Source of the DNA: Gammaproteobacteria bacterium
GTDB taxonomy: Bacteria; Pseudomonadota; Gammaproteobacteria; CBDBNL01; JAAOII01
Assembly: GCA_965207945.1 (NCBI GenBank)
Contig: OZ242303.1
Span: forward strand, 161,494-225,493
Direction of reading: 5' to 3'
Length of the DNA stretch: 64,000 nt
Part shown: in pieces, positions 27,834 through 39,800 of the stretch
Numbering within the stretch: the stretch's first letter is position 1
Layout of the letters: every line of letters starts with the position of its first letter
The notes under the pieces: model-generated
Database searches by the model: none
Told to the model about the DNA's origin: nothing
What the model saw: the letters and a program-made list of their open reading frames with translations, nothing else
Translations under genes and position numbers: made by a program

Positions 27834-29507
27834 CTATACTGCTAAGCCGCGCCGCCGCCGCGCTTGTAAATTGGGTAATATTAGAGCTATGACAAATACA
27901 CTAAAAGGTAAGATAGCTTGGAATACTGAGGTCACACTTATTACCCTTCTATCTCCGCCAGCTGCCAGCGCCACCATTTCAGTGGTCAAGGTGCTTATCC
28001 TCCCTTCTCCGGCTAGCAGGGTGGGCAAGTACTCGTTTATGCTAACCGCAAAGCCCACCGCAAAGGCATAAATTATAGGACGAAATAAAATAGGCAGTTT
28101 CACCCGCACCATCGTCTTTATGCGGGAAACACCAAGTCCGTAAGCGGTCTGCTCATATCTAAGGTCAAAGTTTTGATAAGAAGCATAAAGTATCAGAAAA
28201 ACATAAGGCAGGACATATAACCAATGCGCCCATATAACGCCCCAGTATCCTTTGGCGTCAAGGTATAGAAGAATTAAATCAAAACCAAAGAGAAAGATAA
28301 CCTGTGGAATAAGCAGCGGGATATAAAACCAGAAGGGCGTGATTTTATGTTTCTTGGTATATTCCAGCAGTCCGATGACAACTATAAGCGCAAACACAGT
28401 TGTAAGGCAAGCAATTAATAAGCTATTGGTAAGGGAGCCACACAGCTGGCAATTAACCCAGTTTTTCACTCCGATGTCGGTTGGCAAAATACTTGGAAAA
28501 CGCCAAGTTATAGCAAAAGACCATAACACCATTACCAGCAAAGAGCCGAATGCCAGGATAGCAACCATAACCAACATAATATGCGATAAGATGGGAGAGA
28601 GATGCTGTCTCATTCCGCGCTTGCCAGTTTTTAATACGTATTCCCATAGCGGAGCAAGAAGTTTTTCAGTGCTTAGCCAGAGGATAACTATCAAAGCAAT
28701 TAGGCACATCAAAACTATGCCGCCAGCTGCCACCACCAAACGCATAGATAAATCAGGGTCATAGAACCAGTGCAGTAGCATCACCGCGAATGGCGGGGGG
28801 GCATTGGGGGCGACAAATATGGCTATATCTACCACGCTCATTGAAAAAATAAGGACTATGAGAATCGGCAGCTTAATTCTTGTGTATATCTGTGGGAGTA
28901 TCACCTTGAACCAGGCGGTAAAAGGATGATAGCCCATTGAACGAGCTAATATCATATATTTGGGGGCGGCTATTTGCGCCAATGCGCCGTTAATTATGAA
29001 CAGAAAGAAGGGTATTTCTTTTAGTAGTAAGGTCAGCACTAATATCAAACCATAATTATCTGGCACCAAAGTAAGATTAGGCGGTGTGTCCCAACCGAAT
29101 ATGGTGGCGGGGATGCGAAAGAAAAAACCACTGGGGGCTAATAAGAAGGCAATACCTGCTGCCACAGTTAAGTGGGGAATGGCGAGCAAAGGAGCAAGTA
29201 TATTCTGCAATGATTTATAAAAACCACTGGTATAGTAGGTGGCGGTTATTAGAACCGCAATGCCGCAGGATAAAATAGTAGCCAATACACCTGAAAATAT
29301 AGTAAGAGAGATGGAGTGGACTAACCCAGGCATAGCAAATAGGTCACGCCAGGGTTGTAAACTAAACGAAGTGAAGTTCAAAGCGGGGAAGTAGCTGAAA
29401 GCAGGCAAGAATACCCAAACCACCCCTAATATAAGAGGCAGGAAAAACAATAAACGAATGCACCACAGAGGGGATTGCGCAATTATGGGTTTTAGTTTAA
29501 TTTGCAA
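27834..29507 (-). CDS. ABC transporter permease (YnjC-like, two-repeat)
   Basis: LLAIPH, LLKEIPF, WRFPSILP and EYLPTLLAGEGRISTLTTE motifs. Adjacent to the YnjD-like ATPase. Confidence 0.85.
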   Translation of the reverse strand: MQIKLKPIIAQSPLWCIRLLFFLPLILGVVWVFLPAFSYFPALNFTSFSLQPWRDLFAMPGLVHSISLTIFSGVLATILSCGIAVLITATYYTSGFYKSLQNILAPLLAIPHLTVAAGIAFLLAPSGFFFRIPATIFGWDTPPNLTLVPDNYGLILVLTLLLKEIPFFLFIINGALAQIAAPKYMILARSMGYHPFTAWFKVILPQIYTRIKLPILIVLIFSMSVVDIAIFVAPNAPPPFAVMLLHWFYDPDLSMRLVVAAGGIVLMCLIALIVILWLSTEKLLAPLWEYVLKTGKRGMRQHLSPILSHIMLVMVAILAFGSLLVMVLWSFAITWRFPSILPTDIGVKNWVNCQLCGSLTNSLLIACLTTVFALIVVIGLLEYTKKHKITPFWFYIPLLIPQVIFLFGFDLILLYLDAKGYWGVIWAHWLYVLPYVFLILYASYQNFDLRYEQTAYGLGVSRIKTMVRVKLPILFRPIIYAFAVGFAVSINEYLPTLLAGEGRISTLTTEMVALAAGGDRRVISVTSVFQAILPFSVFVIALILPNLQARRRRGLAV

Positions 29508-29547
29508 GGTTCTAATAAGTTATTACAGGTAGATTATACATTAATGC

Positions 29548-29661
29548 AAGGGCATTACTGCCGGCTTATATAAGAGCATCTTTGCCCACTTATACCCTCT
29601 TATATAAGGGTATCGCTGCCCGCTTATACAAGGGCATCACTACCCACTTATATAAGAGCAT
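29548..29661. repeat. Degenerate 24-bp tandem repeat (~4.5 copies)
   Basis: aagggcattactgccggcttatat / aagagcatctttgcccacttatac / (10 bp) / aagggtatcgctgcccgcttatac / aagggcatcactacccacttatat / aagagcat. Confidence 0.85.
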
Positions 29662-29712
29662 AACCATACTTTGCCCGCAACAGCAACAGAAGTTTAATCG
29701 TATAATAATTTA

Positions 29713-30744
29713 ATGTCAATTATATGGAGCCCTGCTGGAACTGAGCTTACTGCTGCGGAGTTGGAACTCTTAGTCCATCCCCATAGCTCAGGCATTATTC
29801 TGTTTGCGTATAATTACGAAAGCCCTCAACAAATAAAGAAACTTATCAGCCAAGCCAAGGAAACGGGCAAAAAAGCAGGCAAGCAAATCATCGTTTCGGT
29901 AGACCAAGAAGGAGGGAATATCCAGCGGTTTATCAATGGAATGACGCCGCTACCAAGCGCAGAACAGTTATGGAAAGTATGGGCGCGCGACAAGAAACTC
30001 GGATATGAATGTACTTACACTATGGGACGGCTAAATGCCGAAGAGTTGCGCGACTTAGGAGTTAATGTTAACTATGCCCCAGTACTTGATTTGGATAAGG
30101 GCATAAGCAAAGTTATAAAGGGCAGGTGTTTTGGCGATACTCCTCAAGGGGCGAGTACCCTGGCTTGCTCTTATATAGAGGGGTTACACAGCGGAGCGAT
30201 AACGGCAGTTGGCAAACACTTTCCTGGTCATGGCGGCGTTACCAACGATTCGCATTTTGAATTGCCGCAGGATACAAGAGTCCCAAATGAAATTCGCCAA
30301 GACCTCATGGCTTTCTCTTTGGCGGCAACGCAATTAAGGGCTATTATGACTTCTCATATAGTTTTTACTACTTTGGATAGCAATGCGGCAAGTTTTTCCC
30401 GCTTCTGGCTACGGGAAGTGCTGCGTGATGAGATGAAGTATGATGGGGTTATTATCAGCGATGATTTAACTATGGGTGCAGTAGGAGAAATATATCCGCG
30501 TATTGAAGAGGCGGCTGAGGCGGCATTGACTGCTGGTTGTGATTTAGTGTTAATCTGTAATGATGTTGCGGCGGCGCGTAAGGCGATGAACCATTTAGAT
30601 AAAAACATAGTTGCGCCAACGGCGTCTCATAAAATTGATGAACTGTTGCCCACATATAAAGATGATAAAGTCCATCAGCATGGCGAGTTTGACATTGAGC
30701 AGGCACGCGAACAGGCACAGCAAATAATTGCTGGTAAAATATGA
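29713..30744 (+). CDS. nagZ: Beta-N-acetylhexosaminidase (GH3)
   Basis: VDQEGG, APVLD, KHFPGHGGVTNDSH and ISDDLTM motifs. Confidence 0.95.
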   Translation: MSIIWSPAGTELTAAELELLVHPHSSGIILFAYNYESPQQIKKLISQAKETGKKAGKQIIVSVDQEGGNIQRFINGMTPLPSAEQLWKVWARDKKLGYECTYTMGRLNAEELRDLGVNVNYAPVLDLDKGISKVIKGRCFGDTPQGASTLACSYIEGLHSGAITAVGKHFPGHGGVTNDSHFELPQDTRVPNEIRQDLMAFSLAATQLRAIMTSHIVFTTLDSNAASFSRFWLREVLRDEMKYDGVIISDDLTMGAVGEIYPRIEEAAEAALTAGCDLVLICNDVAAARKAMNHLDKNIVAPTASHKIDELLPTYKDDKVHQHGEFDIEQAREQAQQIIAGKI

Positions 30745-30778
30745 GTATATATAGTGGAAATTTAACTTGCGATAAAAT

Positions 30779-31501
30779 ATGGGAATGAAAATAGCTGCCG
30801 CATTGGCAAGTATCCGCCGTCAATATAAGGGTAGCTCATTAGATATTGCTAAGTCGCCCGCTGACCCCCTAATATTATTTGAGCGGTGGTTTAATGATGT
30901 AATTTCCTCCAAGAAAATTCTTGACGCCAATGCCATGTGCTTATCAACAGTTGATAAACGTGGACATCCCCACAACAGAATAGTTTTACTTAAAGGGATT
31001 AAGTTAGCAGAGCAAACCAATAAACAATCAGCGGAAAAGTTAACTAGGTTAACTAAGTTAACTAAAGAATCCAGTGGGCTTATTTTTTATACTAACTATG
31101 AGAGTGATAAAGGAAAACAATTGGCAATCAATCCTTATGCGGCACTTAATTTTTGGTGGCCCTCTTTAGTGCGGCAAGTGCGCGTGCGCGGCAGAGTGTC
31201 CAAGCTTAGCAAGAGTGAATCTGATGAATACTTTGCCACTCGCGACCGCGGCAGCCGTTTAAGTGCTTGGGCATCCTCGCAAAGCCAACAAATAGAAACT
31301 TATGACACTTTACTTGAAAGAATGAAGAAGATGGAAGATAAGTTCAACACGGTTGATGTGCCACGTCCCAATTATTGGGGCGGATATATCCTAAAACCAA
31401 CGGTAATTGAGTTCTGGGAAGGTAGAATTAATCGTTTGCATACCAGAGTGTTATACCAGAAGAAAGGACAGGGATGGGTTAAAAGCCAGCTGGCGCCATG
31501 A
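30779..31501 (+). CDS. pdxH: Pyridoxamine 5'-phosphate oxidase
   Basis: RIVLLK, FYTNYESDKG, RQVRVRG, PRPNYWGGY and EFWEGR motifs. Probable start 30785. Confidence 0.95.
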   Translation: MGMKIAAALASIRRQYKGSSLDIAKSPADPLILFERWFNDVISSKKILDANAMCLSTVDKRGHPHNRIVLLKGIKLAEQTNKQSAEKLTRLTKLTKESSGLIFYTNYESDKGKQLAINPYAALNFWWPSLVRQVRVRGRVSKLSKSESDEYFATRDRGSRLSAWASSQSQQIETYDTLLERMKKMEDKFNTVDVPRPNYWGGYILKPTVIEFWEGRINRLHTRVLYQKKGQGWVKSQLAP

Positions 31502-31559
31502 TTTACTTTATGACTTGTCCCATGACTTGCCCCTTTTATCCCCTCACTATAATATATAA

Positions 31560-32933
31560 ATGGTAGCAGCTAAAAAACTTTTTGAGTGCTCTGCTTGTGG
31601 CAGTGAATATCCGCAATGGCAAGGACAATGTGCTACCTGCGGCGCCTGGAATTCATTACAAGAAGCAGTAACAAAAGAGGCGCTTGTAAGTGGCGCGCGG
31701 GGAGGCAGAGAATTAAATGCCTTACCAAGCAGCTTTACCAAACCAATTCCTATTAGCCAGGTAAAGGTTCATAAAGAACTCAGATTCTCCAGTGGATTTA
31801 GTGAGTTTGATAGGGTGTTGGGTGGCGGTTTAGTTTCGGGTTCGGCTATTTTAATTGGCGGCAATCCTGGAGCAGGTAAAAGTACCTTATTGCTGCAATC
31901 TATGGCAGCTATCTCTCGCGCTAAATCTGTTTGTTATGTCAGTGGTGAAGAATCTGTCAATCAATTAGTTCTCCATTCGGTTCGCCTGGGGCTATCAAAA
32001 GAAAAGATATCTTTGTTAGCGGAAAACCAGCTAGAGAAAATACTTGCCGCCTGTTATGAGATGAAGCCGCAAGTATTAGTGGTGGATTCTATCCAGACGA
32101 TATACAGCGCTCAGCAGGGTTCAATGATGGGAGGTGTTGCTCAGGTGCGCGAATGCGCGGTGCGCCTGATGGAATATGCTAAGCAAAATAATTGCGCCGT
32201 GCTAATGGTGGGGCATGTAACCAAAGAAGGAACGCTCGCGGGACCGCGAGTGCTGGAGCATATAGTTGATGCTTCGTTGGTATTAGAAAGCACCGATGAT
32301 GCTAAGTTCCGCACTTTGCGCGCCCAGAAAAATCGTTTTGGCGCTGTCAATGAAATAGGGGTGTTTGCTATGACAGATAAAGGTATTAAGCAGGTTAGTA
32401 ATCCTTCAGCAATTTTTATGTCGCACAATACCGAGCCCGCGTTAGGCAGCGCAACGGCTATTATTCATGAAGGTAGTCGCCAATTATTAGTAGAGATTCA
32501 AGCATTAGTAGACCCCCACACTACCACTAACCCTCGGCGCGTGTCGGTTGGTTTAGATAATAATCGCATGGCATTGCTATTGGCAGTTCTTAGTTGTCAC
32601 TGCAGTTTACCACTTGCCAACAGTAATGTGTTTTTGAACATAGTTGGTGGTTTAAGAATAGAAGAAACTGGCACAGACCTCGCTTGCATGCTGGCGTTAG
32701 TATCGGTGATTACCAAACGGGTGTTGCCTCAAGGGTTTGCAGCTTTTGGTGAAATAGGGCTTACTGGGGAAATACGTCCTTCGCCTTATGGGCATGAGAG
32801 AATTAAAACTGCTTTCCGCCAGGGCATAAAAAAAATATTAATTCCCACCGCGAATGACCCCAAAGGAGCTTTAAAAGATAAAGGAATTATTAGAGCGGCG
32901 ACTATCGGAGAAGCACTCTCTGCTGCTTTTTAG
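31560..32933 (+). CDS. radA: DNA repair protein RadA/Sms
   Basis: C4 zinc finger, GNPGAGKST, KNRFG and C-terminal Lon-like domain. Confidence 0.97.
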   Translation: MVAAKKLFECSACGSEYPQWQGQCATCGAWNSLQEAVTKEALVSGARGGRELNALPSSFTKPIPISQVKVHKELRFSSGFSEFDRVLGGGLVSGSAILIGGNPGAGKSTLLLQSMAAISRAKSVCYVSGEESVNQLVLHSVRLGLSKEKISLLAENQLEKILAACYEMKPQVLVVDSIQTIYSAQQGSMMGGVAQVRECAVRLMEYAKQNNCAVLMVGHVTKEGTLAGPRVLEHIVDASLVLESTDDAKFRTLRAQKNRFGAVNEIGVFAMTDKGIKQVSNPSAIFMSHNTEPALGSATAIIHEGSRQLLVEIQALVDPHTTTNPRRVSVGLDNNRMALLLAVLSCHCSLPLANSNVFLNIVGGLRIEETGTDLACMLALVSVITKRVLPQGFAAFGEIGLTGEIRPSPYGHERIKTAFRQGIKKILIPTANDPKGALKDKGIIRAATIGEALSAAF

Positions 32934-32994
32934 TTAGCTCCTCTTAGTTATCTCCCCTCTCTTAATTAGCCCCCCTTTTATTTAGTCCCCCCTA
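32930..32994. repeat. Degenerate short tandem repeat between convergent radA and sspA
   Basis: Four variants of TTARTTAGYCCCC in series. Confidence 0.55.
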
Positions 32995-33687
32995 GCCAGA
33001 ATGTAATTTCAACTCGCTGGTGGAACAACTATTAATGAATGCTGGTTGTTTGAAAATGTAATTCATATACGCCATTAACGGCTGGTATTTTTGTGCATCT
33101 CCTCTTATGTTAAGACCAAGAAGCTTAAGCCGCCACAATATGGGGGCAAGAATACAATCAATAATATCCAGTTCTTGAACTTCTTTTTGCGATTCAAAGT
33201 CCTCAAAGTATTCAAAAGAAAAGCTAATCAGGTTATCACGCAATCCACGCGCTATTTCCGTTGCCTTAAACTTATTTTTTTCTTTTAGGATTGCATCCGC
33301 AGGCATCACTATGCTATTTATTACTTGATGCAATACCGAGCGAAACAAAGCTCTTTCTTGTGGTATTAACGGCATTAAAGGTGGGGTTGGAAAGCGCTCT
33401 TCAATATACTGCATTATGATATCTGGATTATGTAGTATTAGCTCTCTCTCCATCAAGATTGGCAAAGTATTGCTGCTGTGGTCAAGATTTAAATCCTTTA
33501 TTTCTGGTGGCAGCGACTTAACGTCTTCAACCTCTTCAAGTTGAAGCTTAACTTTCTTAATTTGTAGGGCAAAACGGACGCGATGCGAGTAATGGTCTTC
33601 ATCCTGAGTGAACAAACGCACCGCAGAGATTATGCTGTCCTGGTCATGCGAAAGAGCAGTTGCGAAGTTATTCTTTATAATTACCAT
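32992..33687 (-). CDS. sspA: Stringent starvation protein A (GST fold), divergent
   Basis: SHRVRFAL, IIMQYIEERFPTPPLMP and DCILAPILWRL motifs. Confidence 0.8.
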   Translation of the reverse strand: MVIIKNNFATALSHDQDSIISAVRLFTQDEDHYSHRVRFALQIKKVKLQLEEVEDVKSLPPEIKDLNLDHSSNTLPILMERELILHNPDIIMQYIEERFPTPPLMPLIPQERALFRSVLHQVINSIVMPADAILKEKNKFKATEIARGLRDNLISFSFEYFEDFESQKEVQELDIIDCILAPILWRLKLLGLNIRGDAQKYQPLMAYMNYIFKQPAFINSCSTSELKLHSG

Positions 33688-33868
33688 GTTTTCAAAGTTT
33701 TCAAGGTTTTAAAAGAATTCCAAAAAGATATAATTATGATATTCATATCTCCCTATTATAACAAATGTGATTATGATATTGTAATTTTTTCTGGCAAAAA
33801 GCATAATTTTGTGTTATATTATAGTCCTGTTTGTACTAATTGATGAGTCACAACAGATTAAGTAAATT

Positions 33869-36800
33869 ATGAAGATAATGGATTTTAAATATATTAAATT
33901 GGGAAGGTTAAGTGAGGGGTTTTATTATTTTATTCGCAGGTTTGCATTTCTGTTGCTTCTACTTTTAGTTGCTTGTGCAGGTGGCGGCGGCGGTGGTGGC
34001 GGTGGTGGCGGTGGTGCTGGCAGCGGACCCACGACAGAAGTAAACCCTCTTGATAGAGATGGTGATGGAATTCTTAATGATGTGGATCTCTGCGACTCTG
34101 AGGGCAGCGCCACCAACTGGAAATCTAACCGAGCTACGGATGCTGATGGAGATGGCTGCCGCGACTCTGATGAAGATAAATTTCCTAATGATCCCGAAGC
34201 TGGTCGCGATATTGATAAGGACAATGATGGCCTGATAGAAATAACTACACCAGAAGAACTAAACCATATCCGCTATGACTATAATGGTAAAGTATTTAAG
34301 GTGTCTGCCGATAGAAAAGGAACTAGTGCTGGCTGCGGCAGAAATATATCCGGTGTTGTTGGCTGTAATGGTTATGAGCTTATGGTGGATATTGATCTGT
34401 CTGGGTATAATAACGATAACTGGCAACCGATTGGAGATTGCCTTAACACAAATAGTTGCCCTAATGCTTTTAATAGCACTTTTGAAGGGAACAAGCGGAT
34501 TATCAGCAACCTGAACATAAACGTCCAGGGTTCTACTAGCCCTGTTGGAGTGGGTTTGTTTGGCGCTATAAGCGATAGGTCTGTTATAAGAAATGTGCAG
34601 ATCCGTAATGCTAAGGTTAAGGGCGGCAGCGCGAATATTGGAATCTTGGCTGGCAGCGCTCAACAAACATCTGAGAATTATACTGTAGAGCGTGTTGTCA
34701 ATATTTCGTCAAAGGACTATGCGATTGATGGTCGCAGAGTGTTTTTGACTAATCCAGAAGCTGTTAAAATTAATGCAATGCCGCTTACCATTAATAAAAT
34801 ACCCACCGAAAGTAATCAAATAGTATCTATAGTTAATCCAGTACCAGCTACCACCAACGGGACATTTTTGGTGACTGATGGAACTTTGGCGCTTGTCCCC
34901 GATGAAGACGTGGTTGTGACTAATGGCATCTTGATTGTGAATAACGGCACCTTGGTTACAGCTAATGAAAACGTGGCTGTGAATGAAAACATCTTGAATA
35001 TAACTGATGTAATGGGGGTTATAGCTGATGGAATCTTGATTATAACTAAGGGAAGCATAGTTGTGCCTGATGGAATCTTGAGTGTGGCGAATGGAAGCTT
35101 GGTTGATGCTAATGGAACGCTGATTGTGCCTAATGGAAACTTTGTTGTGACGAATGGAATAGCTAATTTTTCCTACCCTGAAACTATACAAGCTAAGGTC
35201 AGTATACAAATTTTAGCCACTAGAGCGCAGATAGTCAATAGTTCGGTGCAAGGCGAGATTATAAGTCCAGCAGGTAATTACGTGGGCGGCTTGGTAGGTA
35301 ATGGATTTGACTCTATTATTTCTTTCTCTCATGCGCAGGACTCTTATATAAGTGGCAATTCCTCTGTTGGCGGTTTAATTGGCAATGGACATAATGCAAC
35401 AACTTATGTATCCTATACGGCAAATGTTATTACGCATGCTGCTAATTCTTCTGCAGGAGGGTTAATTGGCTACGGGCAAGGCGCTGAAGTTTATGCTTCT
35501 TATGTTCTGAATGCTAATGTTAGCGCCGCGCAAGAATACGCAGGCGGCTTAGTTGGCGGAGCTCAGAGGGCGCGGATTGAATCATCTTATGTGGCAGGAG
35601 GAATAGTCAGCGGTAATGCATCTGTTGGCGGTTTGGTTGGCACTGGCGAGGATGCGCAAATTAAATTTTCTTATGTGGCAATAAAAAATATAGAAGGTTC
35701 TAATGATGTTGGTGCCTTAGCTGGATTGTATAATGGCGATTCAATTAGTTCTTCTTATTGGGACTCAAGCATCTTGAATCGCTCTAATATTGATAACGAT
35801 AATGGCGGCATGCCTCTTACTTTCGCACAACTGAGTTCTGAAACTGATTTCAATGACATTTATGCTGGTTGGGATAGTAATTTCTGGTGCAATATAGGTA
35901 CTGGAGAGCTTTCTCTTACTGGAGCTGGCACCGCCGATTTTGCTATTGCCGCTAACGTCGTCTGGGATTTAGGAAATGCCACTTCATACCCCATCGTAAG
36001 CTGTGCTGCTGCAGAGGATAGCCCCACCACTAATTTACAACTGAATGTCCTTGCAAGTTTACAAGTGTCAGAAGACGGGACTATAGAGCCACCCCCAGTA
36101 GAACCACCCCCGGTAACGAATACAGATAACCTTGATAGAGATAATGACGGCATTGGAGATAATGCGGATCTTTGCGATTCTGATGGCAGTGCCACAAACT
36201 GGAAATCTAACTCAGCTACGGATGCTGATGGAGACGGCTGCCGCGACTCTGATGAAGATGAAGATGATGATAATCCAGATGCAGCCCACGATATTGATGT
36301 GGACAATGATGGTTTGATAGACATAACTACACCAGAAGAATTAAGCCATATCCGCTATGACTATAACGGTAAAGTATTCAGGGTGTTTGCCAATAGAACA
36401 GGAACCAGCATCGGCTGCTATGGGGATATGTCTGGCGACGTTGCATGTAATGGTTATGAGCTAGCCGGGAATATTGACTTATCAGAGTATAGTAATTGGC
36501 AACCCATTGGGTATTGCCTTACAAGAGATAGTTGTCCTGAAGGTTTAAATAGCACTTTTGAAGGGAATAACCGAGTTATTAGCAACTTGAACATAAGTGT
36601 CCAGGGTTTTACTAGCCCTATTGGGGCGGGTTTGTTTGGCGCTATAAACGATAATTCTGTTATAAAAAATGTTCATGTCCGTAATGCTATGGTCAAGGGC
36701 GGCAACGAAAATATTGGAATCTTGGTTGGCAGTGCCCAACAAATAGTTGAGGGTTCTGGTCCGCAGATTATCAATAGTTCGGTGCAAGGAGAGGTTATAA

Positions 36801-39800
36801 GTCCTGGAGGCAGAAGCGTTGGCGGTTTGGTCGGCTATGGAAAAGGCGTCCGCATATCTCGCTCTCAGGCGAGCAATGTTTCTATAGAAGGTCAGTTTTA
36901 TATCGGCGCTCTGATTGGCTCTGGAGTTGGAGCTAATATCTTATTATCTCAGGTAGATAACATTTTTGTAAATGGGGCTAGGTTTGTAGGTGGTCTGGCT
37001 GGTGATGGGCGTGATTCAACAGTTTTTGCATCTTCTGCGAATAATGTTACTGTGTACTCTTATAGTAATAATGTTTCTCATGGTTTTTATGCAGGGGGGT
37101 TAATGGGCTCGGCACATGCTGCTCGGGTTTATGCTTCTTATGTTCTGAATGCTAATGTAACGGGGCGGAAGCACGTTGGCGGCTTAGCTGGCTGGGCTGG
37201 GTATGCACGGATTGTATCATCTTATTCGGCGCTCGGAAGTGTTGACGGTAATGTCTCTGTTGGCGGCTTAGTTGGCAATGGCATATCGGTTAATATTAAG
37301 TCCTCTTATGCCTCAATGGAAAACATAGAAGGTGTTGATGAGGTTGGCGGCTTAGTTGGGAGGAATGGCGGAGCTTCGGTTGAAGATTCTTATTGGGACA
37401 TTACCCTTAGTGGAATTGCGGATCGCTTGGCAGTTCCTGATAATAAAGAAGGTATACCTCTTGATTACCACCAGCTACAAACTGAAATTAATTTTAGCGG
37501 TATTTATGATACTTGGGATGATAATTTATGGTGCGATAGAGTAACTGGAGAGTTCACTACTGATAGTGGCTCATCTCTTGTTAATTATGCCAATAAGGTT
37601 TGGAATTTGGGGAGTAATATATCATACCCCATCATAAATTGCGATTCTACACAGGATGGTTTAGCTACTAATGTACAAGCTAATCTTCTGGCGCGAGATG
37701 CTGATATGGATGGCGTCGGAGATATTTTTGACAAATTTCCAAACAACGCTTCTGAATCCTCCGATAGGGATGGTGATGGCATAGGCGATAATGCTGACCC
37801 AGACGATGATAATGATATGAAAGAAGATGGTAAGGACAACTGCCAGTATGTAGCTAATCAAGGTCAAGAAAATAGTGATACAGATGGACTGGGCGATGCC
37901 TGTGATATTGATGATAATAATAATGGACTTATAGACATTACAACTGCATCTGAGTTAAACCAGATTCGTAATAACCCTAACGGAAACTCCTTAATTACAA
38001 TTAGCTCAACTGGGACTCAAGTGAGTGACCGTGGTTGTGGCATAGGTGATGATTTTGATGCTGAGTGTAACGGCTATGAACTGCTTGCTGACATTGACCT
38101 GTCAGGTTATGATAACTGGCAACCAATTGGATATTGCTTTAGTAAAAGTAGTTGTCCCGGTACTTTTAATAGTATTTTTGAAGGAAATAACCATACTATT
38201 AGCAACCTGAACATAAATGTCCAGGGTTTTACTAGCTCTGTTGGAGTTGGTTTGTTTGGCGCAATAAGTGCTTCTTCTGTTATCCAAAATACGCATATCC
38301 GCAACGCTATGCTCAAGGGCGGACGTGAGCGTATTGGAATCCTGGTTGGCTACGCTGAGAGAATGGCGCAGATTATCAATAGCTCGGCGCAAGGCGAGAT
38401 TATAAGTCCTGAAGCTGGCGGCGTTGGAGGTTTGGTTGGCTTTGGAGAATATATCCATATCTCTCGCTCTCAAACAAGCAATATTTCTATAAGAGGTGGG
38501 CATGGTATTGGCGGTCTGATTGGTCATGGGAGGGGTGCTAGGATCTCATGGTCTCAGACAGATAACATTGTTGTAAATGGGGTTGATTCTGTAGGCGGTC
38601 TAGTTGGTAATGGAGGCGAGGTGATGCTTTTTGTATCTTCTGCGAATAATATTATTGTGAATTCTTCTGGTAATTATGTAGGGGGGTTAGTTGGCTGGGC
38701 ACAAGGAGCTCGCGTTTATGCTTCTTATGTTCTAAATGCTAATGTAACGGGGGTGGATAATGTTGGCGGCTTAGCTGGCTGGACTCAGGGCACAGGGATT
38801 ACATCATCGTATGCGGCGGGAGGAGAAGTTAGTGGTCGTTATTTTGTCGGAGGATTAGTTGGCATTAGCCAAACATCTAATATTAAGTCCTCTTATGCTG
38901 CGATGGAACGTGTAGAAGGTTCTATTGATGTTGGCGGCTTAGTTGGGAGGGCTGCTGGAGATTCTACAGAAGCTTCTTATTGGGATGTTGGGCTCTCTGG
39001 AGTTACTGACCGCTTAGAAGTTTCTGATATCAGGGAAGGCATTGGCTTAAACTACCAACAATTACGCTCTAACACCACTTTTAGCGGCATTTATGACACT
39101 TGGGATGATAATTTCTGGTGCAACAGAGCAACTGGAGAGTTTACCACTAATAATAGCTCACTTCTTGCTAATTCTACTAACGTTGCTTGGGACTTAGGAG
39201 ACGCCACTTCGTACCCCATAATAAGCTGTGCCGCTGCAGAGGATAGTTTAACCACTAATTTGCAAAGGAATGCCTTAGCGAATTTACAAGTGAGTGATGC
39301 TGATAATGATGGCGTCGCAGATATTTTTGACAAATTTCCAAACGACCCTACTGAAACCTCTAATAGGGATGGTGATGCTATAGGCGATAACGCTGATATT
39401 AACAATGACAAAGATTTGCTTAATGATTTTGATAACAATGGTAACAGATTTGACAACTGCCCGTTTACAACTAATGGAGATCAGCAGGATGATGATAAAG
39501 ATGGGGTAGGCAATGCCTGTGATATTGATAAGAATAATAATGGACTTATAGACATTACAACTGCAGATGAGTTGAACCAGATTCGCAATAACCTTAATGG
39601 AAACTCTTTAATTACAATTAGCTCAACTGGGACTCAAGTGCATGACCGCGGTTGTGGCATAGGTGATGATTTTGATGCTGAGTGTAACGGCTATGAATTG
39701 CGGGCAGATATTGACTTATCAGAGTATAGTAACTGGCAACCAATTGGATATTGCTCCAATAGCGGTAGTTGTTTCGTTACTTTTAATAGCACTTTTGAAG

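Noticed and set aside
29548-29661. CRISPR array (also considered for 2799-2850 and 62946-63009)
   Set aside because: Units are contiguous and degenerate, there are no unique spacers, and no cas genes are present.
33981-34016. Phase-variable switch at the poly-Gly tract
   Set aside because: It is a mixed GGT/GGC triplet run, so slippage would change linker length without a frameshift.
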